A stretch of DNA of 64,000 nucleotides from positions 17,357,648 through 17,421,647 of the forward strand of contig NC_092673.1 of assembly GCF_964355755.1 (NCBI RefSeq), written 5' to 3'. Each line of letters opens with the position of its first letter. The first letter of the stretch is position 1. This stretch comes from Antedon mediterranea (lineage: Eukaryota > Animalia > Echinodermata). A program made the translations under genes and the position numbers. Shown here piece after piece: positions 26,637-39,700 of this stretch. The notes under the pieces were generated by a model. The model ran no database searches, was not told where the DNA came from, and was given only the letters and a program-made list of their open reading frames with translations.

Positions 26637-27701
26637 ATGGCAAGTAATGAAACAGTGTTAAAACCATATCCTAAGATTTTAGAGATACCATGTAATGATA
26701 TTGAATTTGGAGAACTTATTGGAAGTGGTTCAACGTGCAGTGTGTTGAAAGGGGTTTGGAAAACTAAAAAAGATGTGCCAGTTGCAATTAAACGTCTCAA
26801 CCATTTTCGAGAAATGGAAATTGTTACATTACGAAAAATTAAAGCTGATGAAGAAAAAAAACACATTGGTAGAAAGTTCATAATAGAGATTCTAGGGGTT
26901 AGTAAGAAGGATCATATGGATTGTATTGTAATGGAATATGTAGCAAATGGGTCATTATATGATTATTTAGGCCAGAAACGAGAACAGCAGCAACCTCTTG
27001 GGAATGACCAATTTTTCAACTGGACCCAGCAAGGTGCTCTTGCAATACAGTATCTTCATGAACTTGATATAATTCATCGAGATATCAAATCGCCAAATTT
27101 TTTAATTACTGATAAACATAATTTTAAACTTTGTGACTTTGGAATTTCCTGCATAAGTGATAAAACAGTTACAACAACATATACTGGGTCTCTTCCATGG
27201 ATGGCTCCTGAAAGTTTTGAGGCTTTTTTTAAATACGATGGGTCAAAAATAAAGGTATCAAAGCGTTCAGACATATACTCTTATAGTGTTGTGATATGGG
27301 AAATGTGGACTTGTCAAAAACCAGAGTTTTCGGTGAAAGTTGATGGTATGTCAGGGAAAATTTTCATTTAAAAATTTTGTTTAGCAATATTGCTAATCAA
27401 ACTGATTTTTAAGTCCAGAAACATAGTTTTGTATTGTATTTTTTGCTACACAATTTTCAAAATGTGTAGCAATAAGGTTGTTTTGTATAGCTTTTTGCTA
27501 CGCTACACTGGCGAAAATGTTCCCTGTATGTACCAGTTAGATGAAGGAACACCCACTAAGTTAAAGGATATGCTGCATAGTTGCTGGGAGGTGGACAGAA
27601 TGAAAAGGCCAAGTATTCCAGATATACTAGAAACTATGGAGGAATTGGCTATTACAATGGAGGAATTGGCTATTACAATGGAGGTTAAAGATTTTAAAGA
27701 G
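26637..27701 (+). CDS. Protein kinase domain, tyrosine-kinase-like group (MLK/ZAK-like); coding exons 1-2
   Basis: GSGSTCSV, VAIK, HRDIKSPN, DFG, GSLPWMAPE, SDIYSYSVVIWEM, CW...RPS. Confidence 0.92.
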
Positions 27702-30700
27702 GTATGTTTCCTACAATCAAATTCAGTATCGTTTCACTCCAGCTGGACTAGAGATTTTTTCCCAATGAGAAATACAAACTTGTCAAATCTAGTTCACCCA
27801 AATCCTGTGTATTGAAAATGCAATTACTAGCTAATGCAAGTGATCCTTGCCTACTTAAGATCCCCTTAGTCAAACTTAAAACTTCTGAACACTTCTTATT
27901 CTTATTATGATGACAGTCCACATAAATAGTATTTCTCTCCTTGAACATTATATTTCTTTATACAAACTGATTGGCTCTGATTTTTTTTATCATTTTCTCT
28001 GTAATTGTACTGTACTTGTCTTGTTTTTGTTATTTATTTATAAAAATGTTTTTTTGTGTTTATATGGTCATCTCGTGACAAGTACTTCTTGACATGTACT
28101 TCTAGTACTATAACTGCTGCTTGCTTTCAGCTCCTAAATGAGTCATCCTCTTGGGACGTAGCGATCTAAAGCAGCAGCGTGAAAAACATTGTTTTGATGA
28201 AATATAAAGTGCGTCTTATACATCAACGATAAAAAAATACTGATATTTTACTCTCAGTTAGGGAGTGCGTCTTATACACAGGTGCGACTTATACACTGAA
28301 ATATACGGTATACTATTCCCCACAATATACTCCGATTGTTTATGAATATATTTGATTTGATCTTTAATAATTTGCAGTATAATTTTTATTATGCTACTGT
28401 ACCTCCACACGCGTGGTCCAGTCCAAAAATAAACAAAAAACTAAAATGGCTATCGCCACCAACGGCCAACTTAGTTGAAACCAGGAAGTTGCAAGGTGAT
28501 GACAACGTGAACCCGGAAATTACTTCTACCGCGTACGGTTGAAAATCTACCGATGAAATCAATAATTTTGTTTTAAAATCCTTTATAATATCTTCCTAAG
28601 ATATAAATATGGAACAATATCGTAATAGTGAGAACTAATGTTATTAACGTTTCGGGAGGTAGGTATCCAAGGCGGAGATTTGTCTTTGAAGTTTTCCATT
28701 GTGCTTGCCTATGTCACAATTAAGCATAATTTATATATAGATTCATAATAAATGAAACAAAAGAGTATAATAATGAATGGATAAGCTGCTTTAAAAAAGA
28801 GGTACTTTTAATTTTCTTATAGTCAGTAGAAGAGTATATTCCATCTGCTATTACTGCTCATGGTACAGATGTTAAGGAAGCATATAATGAAGCATTGACT
28901 GAGGGATCTGTCAAAATCAATCTTGGAATGCTTAAAGTGATTGGACAGGAAGGTGTGGGGAAAACTTGCCTCATTAATGCCTGTCTTGGAAAAAAGTAAT
29001 ACATAGTTTAAGACAGTGAAATTGACAATATAAACTTTCCATCATTTCAGGCCTGTTTGATGTACAATGAGTGGGAGTATGGAATGCAGCAGGGGCACAG
29101 GGGCAGATCCGGTAAATTGTAATGCAAAAGATAAGACATCAAATTGAGCTCAGCCCTTCATTTCACTATTTTTAGGATTGATGATACAATTTTTGTCGCA
29201 ATGTGAAAGAAGTAAATCGATGATACAAATTTTGATTTGCGATGTGAAGGAATTGCATCGATGATATGAATTTTGTCACGATGTCCATGAAATGAATTGA
29301 GTAAAAAATATGCTGATGAAAAGTGATGAACAGATGCTTAATAATCATTACCATTAATACAGTAGTTAGATCGGATTGCCCAACCAATTTCTAACAATTA
29401 GGCCTATGCTACAATGGCTACTTGGTAGGGCTTGTTTATGAGGATCCACTATCAAGGCTAGCCCTCCAAGGCCTATGCCCTTTTAAGTCAGGCATAGCAT
29501 AATATAATTCATATATACAAACATAATAGGCATATAATATTATTATTTTGTTCTTACGGTGAGGTTATAGCCCTGGGGTTTGTCGTTTTTATGTCCGTTT
29601 TAAGAAAATAAATAAAACACAAAGTTATGATAATGTGAATGAGACATATGGAGAGGAGAGGTCCAGTACCAATGCTTTGTTAACCTTGTGGGGTTGACCC
29701 AGCAGAGATTGAGAGGATGACATATGCCGCCAATAGTTTTTACATTTCATTCAAATCTCGACAAAATTTGTATCACTCAACGCAAATTTATCCAATGCAT
29801 TTTATTCACATATACACGAATCATAGTTACGTAAACAGCGTTCTATACGGGAGTGTTTTTTACATTGAAAAAAGATAAAAATGTTATTTTAATTTTATTG
29901 ATATTGCAGCGCAATTAAATAGCAATAACTGAATACAATTTATTAAAATATATCAACCATCTTAAATTGATTGAATTAACTAATCAATCAGTTTTTGTAT
30001 TTATAAATCATAAATAAAGGTTAGAAATGTTTTGATTATTACATTATTATTATAAGTATGTATATTTATTTATTTATTGTTCTTTATTGGTTTTCAATTA
30101 CTCTATTTACTTTCAGATTTGAGAAAGACCATAACATTACAGATGGCATAGAAGTTATAAGGACAGCAAGCAAAACATGGAATGAGGCTAAAGCTGATAG
30201 TGGTAAACATGAATACATTTAGCACTGTTGTCATTTATCTCCATTATAATAAACACAAACAGTCTCATATCCTCAAATACGCTATAAAAAATATGATATA
30301 AAATAATATACTGTAGTAGATAAAATACTGTATTTTAGCCTGTTTCCGCTATAAGTAATTTTTTGGTGGTCCTGTTAAAATATTTTACCCAAACTGCCTT
30401 TCATGAGTTGCAATTCTTATTGACCTATGTAATAATAATAACTTTATTGTTTCTCTTTTATAACAGAGGCACAATTCTCAAGAGATGTGCAACAACAAAA
30501 AATTAATATGGACTTATCTTAATACACAATCAAATACAAACATTATAAAATATTGTTACATTAAAAAGTATATAAACATTAGGTTATAAAAATACATTCA
30601 ATACATTTGAGTGAAAAGTAAAAGATTGTGTTATGGAAGGATATTATAAATTTTGTTGCGTTCTTTCCATGCAGTTGTTACAATATTTGTCCAAAGAGGT

Positions 30701-33700
30701 TACTTGCTAAAATAGTTAATATTGGTTATACATTGGATTTGATATTCTTCATGAATTTCTAGGTCGTCAAAAAAAAGGTGATATTTAAGTTCAGGTGAGC
30801 TTGACGTGAATAAGTCCCATATTTTATGCAAATCATTGTGGTATAGATCTTCTTTAAGTTGTTTAAATATTGAGTTTCTAATATTTATTAATCTAGTACA
30901 ATTGAATACAAAATGATAAATTGTTTCTTTTTCACCACAATTACATAACAAACATGATCCTAAATTTTGTGGTGACCAAGCTTCCTTTCTTCCTTCGAGT
31001 GGTAATGAGTTAGAACGAGCTTTGAATTTTAGACTTGATGCATGTATACTAAGCATATTTTATCAATAAATGGGGTAAAGAATGTTGTAATTTTGCCAGG
31101 CCTTTCTACGACTCTTTTTCACCCACAAAAAAAAACCAGATTAATATAACTAATTGTAACTTTAAATAGTTTATTAATAGGCAAAGGATTCATAAACAAG
31201 TTTATAATATGCATATGTTAGGTAAAAATGCACAATCGGCATCTTCTATCAACTGGCAATGAGTCGCCAAGATGCGTCCTTTCTCCTGTATTGTTCAGCA
31301 TATATACAAATGAGTTTAAAATTAAATTTGATGACTGCTGTTTAATTAAGTATACAATTTGTTCAACCACATTATGAAATGAGTTGATAGTTCAGGGTAT
31401 AGTAATGTATCTATATATTTTTTTCTCTACAGGTAATCCTTCAAAACAGTATCAAAATTGATTTGAATCCTTACGACTAGCAAAGCAATCTAGCCACATA
31501 CTACATTACCTTAAATAGTACTAGTAGAATGAATTCCAATTTAGGACAATTTGTTCAACCGAATTATGAAATGAGTTGATAGTTCAGGGTATAGTCACAT
31601 ATCTATATATTTTTTTCTCTACAGGTAATCCTTCAAAACAGTATCAAAATTGATTTGAATCCTTACGACTAGCAAAGCAATCTAACCACATACTAAATTA
31701 CCTTAAATAGTACTAGTAGAATGAATTCCAATTTAGGACAATTTGTTCAACCGCATTATGAAATGAGTTGATAGTTCAGGGTATAGTCACATATCTATAT
31801 ATTTTTTTCTCTACAGGTAATTCCTTCAAAACAGTATCAAAATTGATTTGAATCCTTACGACTAGCAAAGCAATCTAACCACATACTAAATTACCTTAAA
31901 TAGTACTAGTAGAATGAATTCCAATTTAGGACAATTTGTTCAACCGAATTATGAAATGAGTTGATAGTTCAGGGTATAGTCACGTATCTATATATTTTTT
32001 TCTCTACAGGTAATCCTTCAAAACAGTATACAAAAATGGTCAAGAATAAATTGAGAGAAAGGAAAACTGTAAACGTAAGTCACTATAGTGTAATTGAAAC
32101 ATAAAATGAATAAAATAGTATCCACATGGATGTTCTACTAATACAAACCAGTCGTTTAAGCTTCTTTTGTAAATGAACCAATGAGACATATGACTCTATG
32201 AGCAGCAGTTTTAATTATCCAAAAAAACATTTTTTTTTTGTTCAATTCTTTTATAATTTGGTTTTGAAAGTTTTCTTCTGTTAAACGTAGATTATTTAAG
32301 TTTTGATAAACATTTAAATCTTTTATATCCGTTTACTCTTTTTTTATTTCAAGTGTCATGATGATAAACCACTTACATATGATTCCAATTACAAAAATGA
32401 TGATTACAGAAATGATGACGAGAACAATGATGATTACAGAAATAATGGTGTGTAACTCCCTTTCTAATTTTGTTGATATCGTTGTCAATAATGAATAAAT
32501 AAGTCCTAAAAGTATGAGTCATATTCATATATCATCGCTATTTGAAATAATCAATTAGATTGTGTTTAAAAAAAATTTATTTTCCAATTTAAAGTAACTA
32601 AACTATTACTATGTAATATAGTTTTTATGTGATCATATTTATATTTAACAATTATGTTGACAGTCAATTTTTTGTCAAAGTGAATAACTATTATGTGACA
32701 TTAAAATGGCATATTCAACAAAAAATGTGTTCTAGAGTTGACCAGCCGATTCTGTAAGACCTTGAAAAATAGTCATTAGGGACTTTACGGAACAGGACGG
32801 GAAGCCACAGAATGCTAATGAATAATTTATAACTTTTTGTGGACAATAAAGTTGCCATTTTCCCGTTTACGGAGAATGACTAGAAATAATGTACATATAA
32901 CCTTAAATATACAGTTCAAATTACACTTAAACATGGAATTTTTAAAACTCTAAATAATATTTGAACTTAATTTAATGGTTTAACGTTAAAAGCAATACAT
33001 TTTGTGCGGTGTTTGAATGCGAGACCTCTAGCTAGGAAGGCTATGCTGTATCACCAGAGCCAAGCGATTCAGAAGGGCCATGCGCTGCGAGGCAGGGGAG
33101 GGAGAGAGATACTGCCGGTTGTCGTCTTTGCACAAGGGTATGTAACTAATAAAACAGCTATGTCGCCTGTATATGATTTTACATTCTAGCGAACACAGGA
33201 TGTCCGTTGTCTTCCCCTAACTGTCCTGTTTTGGCTGGGGGTGGCCAGATGCCAAAATAAGCATGCTTGAATTTTACTTGTGTTTATGATAACCAACAAA
33301 ATTTGTTTCCACTACAGGTACTGCTACAGCAGCTGAAGCTATTCCAATTGATATAGATAAACAGTTAGTTAAAGATGTAATTCAGGATATTGTGCAAAAT
33401 AAGGAGACTTTGGAAGAAACATTCAACATCTGGGACCATGGGGGACAATTGATATACCATGGTATACATCGTGTAAGGCTGATTCAAACCTATGGAATTA
33501 TGCTTTCGTATCGTACGTGGCGTACAACTTCATGTCTGAACCACTAAAAGATTAGTCAAAGCCACCTCTTTATGACACTGACCTTTCGTTCGTTCGTTCT
33601 GAAGGTCCAAGATTAGTGTACAGATGCTTATGATACGATCAATGATTCTGACCTCCAACCAATCAAATTTACTCTTGCATGCCAGATGTTGGCTAAATCT

Positions 33701-36700
33701 GTTTCACTTCAGTTTGTAACGAAAGCGTTAATCAATTCAAAACACTTTGCTGTTTCTAACTACTGTGAAGTAGCTTTACGTCTAGAGGTATGAATGAATG
33801 CCAGGCTAGTGATGTGGAGGTCGTGGATTCGAGTCCCACCCAAGAATTACTTAAATACAAATTATGACAGAGTGGGGAAAATCATCTAACCAATTGCTAA
33901 GTATAATATGACCTTGCTTGCGATACGAAAGCATTTCTCCATGTGTCTGAACCTACCCTTAATTTCAAAATATGTAGTAGAACAGAACATTGATATTTTA
34001 TTGAATAAGATCTGGGTAAGATCTTTACTTCAAAAACATTAAACTCCACATCAGCCAGTTAAAAGGAAATGTTACTAACATAACTGTATGGCTAAGGTAT
34101 GGTATGCCTTTCTTGCCTATTCAGTAATCACAAATTTCTTTCCATGGTAACTGCTTATTGTTAATATTAAACATTTTCCATGCCTATATTCCAACAAAAC
34201 AAATCAAGTATTTTCAGTAACTCTTAGTTCTTATTTTTGTTTTCTATCATCACTGATTGTAGCCACAATATTATATGAATTTGTTATAGAGAATTGCTCT
34301 GATAAAAGGAGTAACAGAAATAGATTTTAGATATTTTTTATTTATATTAGGGTCCACCTACAAATTCAAATAATATTAACGAATATTAATCAGCCAATAT
34401 TTAAATAAAAAAATAATTTTTGCAGATCTTCATGACATCACGATCACTTTACATTGTAGTGTTTGATCTCAGTAAACCCTTGGATGATCTTGCTACTTTC
34501 ATTAATTCTACTGGAGTAAGTATTTCTAGAGCATGGCGGCAGTAAGGTATTGTGATTGAACAAGTCTTCTAATTTATAAAAACAAAAACAGTTTGACTAT
34601 TATAAAAGATTTTATTTCATACCTTCCAGATAAGATGTAGTAATGAACATTTTTTTTTAAACTAACCATTTCAAGTTTAACTTTAAGATGTTTTAAAGTG
34701 TTCTTATAATTTTTTTTTCAGAGAACATGTCAACATCATTGGACCAATCTCCAGTTCATATTATCTTACATCCTGTCAGTTTATTCTCATAGTCGTATTG
34801 TGGAAGAGGATGAGGAGAATGAAGTTGACAAACCAACTATCCTTATTGTGGGTACACATAAGGGGAAGCTTGGCTGGACTGAAGAACAGCAAAATGATGA
34901 GGTTAATACTTCTTTTGTTTCTATATTATTATAAATAGCCACAACCAAAGATACATTGCAGTTGTAACTGTTTTTAAATATTACTTTAAATAATTTACCA
35001 AATTGACACATTCTTATTATGCGTAAACTGTTATTAAAATTATATACAAACAGGCAGAAAAGGCGTTTAAAATTATTCAAGATGTGCTTAAAACAAAACC
35101 ATATGGAAATCATGTCTACCACAAATATTTTGCCATTGAAAACAGTCAACCAACTACAGATAAGAGCTTTAGTGATCTCAAACAAGTTATTGATACACTT
35201 ATGAAAGCTTTAGAAAAGCCTTTTCCTTTAAAGTGGATGCGTTTTCGATGTGATCTACAAGATCTAAGAGGAAAAAAACAGCCCTCCTTTTCTTTGTGTC
35301 CTTTAAAAGAGGTAAATGGTATTTGTTTTGTTTACATTTTTCGAAATATTAAGGCGCAAGTATCTATCAAGTATCTAAAAAAAAAAATTTACGTTTCTAA
35401 ATATAAGTACCCTTTAATTAAAAAATGTCCATAGACTAGCCAATTTAGATTACAATATCCAAAATCAAATTTTCATCTCAGATATTTGCTGCCATTGTTT
35501 TATTTATAAATTGTGTGTTTGAAAATACTGAGGTAATTAGCCATTGAAATTGAATATTTCAAACTATTTTTTCATGTAATACCCACATTTTTTATTTAAT
35601 TCTGAATAATACTAATTATTATTTCTTTTAGATCAAAATTCTGACAAGTAAGAATGGTATTGTTGAAGAAAAAAACAAATCAGTCCTGCTTAACTTCTTG
35701 TACGATCTTGGTGAAATTGTTTACATGCCTGACAACAAATTATTAAGAGATAAAGTCGTGCTTGATCCGATGAGGCTGGTTGAAATTGTCACCCAATTTG
35801 TAACTGTGGTTCCCCCAAAATATCCCGTAAGTAGACTCATGTAATGTCTTGCATTGTAAAAACATGTTAAAGTAGTATAATTACTGTTCTGTGTAATTTA
35901 TTATTCCTTAGCAAAGAATTTGTCATTGATAATATTTGATAGAGATGCTTAACATTTTCTATAGATAAAATAAAAGTATGCCGTAAGGCATCATTTGTAA
36001 TTTACTGTAATTTTTTTACAAGTTTTAATTAGTTCACTTTTAATATTCTGCTTTCAATCTATTATAATTGAAGCACTAGAAAAGCAAACTAACTTGGAGT
36101 AATTTCACAGTTTAACCCTTTCACTGCGTGTACCCGGTATTACCGGGTATAAACATGTCGTCGAACTTCATATAACCATCATTACCGGGTACGGTATAAA
36201 ACTATTTTCCTGCACTACAAGCGACCTCTATATTTTTTAATATTGTCTTCTGTAATGATGTCATTAGTATGCAAATTACCATTTTTTTACTCCAAACCGT
36301 AGACCAACCTTTTACCCACCACAAAAGTATTTACAAAATTATCTCATTTAGTATGTTTTTGCAATTAATTAAAAATCACCTGTCTCTCAATGTTATGCAC
36401 AGTGAAAGGGTTAAACCACAATACTGTATTATACCAACACATGGTTCATCTATATTCTTCTAAATGCTTACTGTATCTATATCCGTCATCCTCACAACTG
36501 TTATAAACACAAAATACGATGCATGGTTGATAGTTGGTGTTTTTTTAGTCTGCTAAATTTAGAGAATCTTTTGATAAGCTGGACAAAGGCATACTGGAAG
36601 AAGACTTGTTGCGAAAATTATGGAAAGATAGTAAAGTTGACAACGGAAAGAATTTTGAGTTCCTTGTAGCACTGATGATTCAATTAGGTTTTATTTGTGA

Positions 36701-39700
36701 GAGGGAGACAACCAGCAGCCAAGATGTGGCAAGTACATCTACAGTAGGTTTTGTTTCTTTAATCTTTCATTTTATGCATGTAAGATTTGGGATAAAAAGT
36801 ATTATTTTAATAGTTTGGATGTTTAATGTTCAGACAAAGTTTGAATAAACTTTCTAATGAAAATGTCTACATGACAGAGTATCTTTAGTTTGCTTAAAAT
36901 AGTTTAAATGGCATTGTTACAAATTAACAATTTCAGAAATCAGTTGGAAAACGATCCTTTTTTGTGCCACTGCGACTTGCTATCAAGACAAGTAAAGTGA
37001 GACAATTACCTGATGATTCACAATCTATCAGCAGGCCTATCTATTATGACTTTGAGGGATATCTGCCAGACGTGTTGTTTCCGTATTTAATTATTGAATT
37101 CCTTAACAAATTTCAAAAGGAAGGAGTTAACCCAATACTCGCATGTAATTATGCAGAACTTTACCTCGACGAAAATCATCATGTGACTTTGTCTCTTGAC
37201 AAATTTATTACTAAGAATGATGAGCGAAAGTTCTTGTTAAAGGTAATATCTAATCTCTAATGTTCAATAAATATCACTAAATTATGAAAGTTAAATATTG
37301 TTGCTTAGTCTTTCCCTAATCTGTCATGTCAGAATCTACTTTAAATGCATATAAAACTAAAACTAAATTCTGATAACAAAACATTACATCTATTTTTACT
37401 TTCTAGATGGCTATTAAAAGAACAGATTCTTTTGATGAAACGAGTAATGAGGCGCCTTCAGCTGAAGCATGTAAATTGGTATGTATCTATACCAGTTACG
37501 TTATCTATCTATTTGAAGGTAGTTATGAAAATACACGTAGAAAGTTTTCTCCTAAATTTTTTGTCAGGTTTGCTTGATGTCTGAAAATGTCTGTATATTT
37601 ACAATGTATACTGATTTTAAAAACCAATTACATATTACTTTCCAACATTGCATTGTATAGTATAATAATGAATGTTTATGAGATGGATGGTAAGAATATT
37701 TTATGAGTTGAAAGATTGACTGCACTATTTTTAACAAAGCAGAGCCGAAAATAGAGCAGTCAATGAATAACATATTCTCTCCATTCAACGAATACAAAAC
37801 ATTCATTATTTATTTTATAACACACCTATTTTTTATTAAATTTATCCATCGTAAATCAGTGACGAATGTTAGGTCCGGGAAGCTAGGTCATTTAAAAAGG
37901 CAGTGATCCAACTTTGGACACGGAGTAGAACCGTAAACAGCGTAAACAAATTACATCCATGTTCTCTTTTATTTTTGTAATTGAATTGTAAGTAATTTTA
38001 ATATGTATCTGCCTATTAAAAGATTTATTCCCAATCAAGTTTTCAGATTTACACCATAAATCTAAAAACATTGCCTGCCTCACATTACATAAAATGTCTA
38101 ACTTTGTAAGCTACTGCATCATTGATGCTTTCATATTTGTTGATATGATATGTATTAAATTCAAATCAACATTAAATTTATATCTTTAGGTTTTGTCAAC
38201 AGTTGAGAAGTCATTCGAGCAATCTAAAGATGGTGGTAGAAGAGGGATTCCATTCAAGAGATGCATTCCTTGTCGGTGTAGTGATCAATTAGACAAAAAG
38301 CATTTTCAAATTCTTAAAGATTTCCAATGCAGGAAGTTTACATGCACAGAAACTGGCAAGTCTGTTACGATGGATGTCACATGTTACAAGCGGCTGTTTG
38401 GAGGTAAGAGTCATTAAATTTATTTATTTTTATTAAGTACATTTTCATTAATACACTACTTTCTTCATGAAGGACTCTCACTCATCCCTAGAGCACAGGA
38501 AACTGAAAAACAAAAGGCTATTTCTGTTCTATAAACAATTTGTGACCTATTTCTGCAAAAAAGTGACATGTTTAAATAATTATAGAATAGAAAAAGAGGA
38601 TACTGTACCTTATTTGAAAATAGACATATTTGATAATACTCTTCCAGTAGTAGTACAACATAATCATTGTTGATAATCTATACATTGTTACAATATGCTG
38701 CTATTAACTGTGATATCTTCATTCCTCTTACCAGTAGTAGTACAACATAATCATTGTTGATAATCTATACATTGTTACAATATGCTGCTATTAACTGTGA
38801 TATCTTCATTCCTCTTACCAGTAGTAGTACAACATAATCATTGTTGATAATCTATACATTGTTACAATATGCTGCTATTAACTGTGATATCTTCATTCCT
38901 CTTACCAGTAGTAGTACAACATAATCATTGTTGATAATCTATACATTGTTACAATATGCTGCTATTAACTGTGATATCTTCATTCCTCTTACCAGTAGTA
39001 CTACTATCAGAATCATTATTGATAATCTATACATTGTTACAACATGCTGCTATTAGCTGTGATATCTTCATTCCTCTTACCAGTAGTAGTACTATCAGAA
39101 TCATTATTGATAATCTATACATTGTTATAACATGCTGCTATTAGCTGTGATATCTTCATTCCTCTTACCAGTAGTAGTACTATCAGAATCATTATTGATA
39201 ATCTATACATTGTTACAACATGCTGCTATTAGCTGTGATATCTTCATTCCTCTTACCAGTAGTAGTACTATCAGAATCATTATTGATAATCTATACATTG
39301 TTATAACATGCTGCTATTAGCTGTGATATCTTCATTCCTCTTACCAGTAGTAGTACTATCAGAATCATTATTGATAATCTATACATTGTTACAACATGCT
39401 GCTATTAGCTGTGATATCTTCATTCCTCTTACCAGTAGTAGTACTATCAGAATCATTATTGATAATCTATACATTGTTACAACATGCTGCTATTAGCTGT
39501 GATATCTTCATTCCTCTTACCAATAGTAGTACTAGTAGAATCATTATTGATAATCTATACATTGTTACAACATGCTGCTATTAGCTGTGATATCTTCATT
39601 CCTCTTACCAATAGTAGTACTAGTAGAATCATTATTGATAATCTATACATTGTTACAACATGCTGCTATTAGCTGTGATATCTTCATTCCTCTTACCAGT

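Noticed and set aside
33800-33850. tRNA gene
   Set aside because: Only a B-box/T-arm-like fragment without a cloverleaf; more likely SINE-derived.
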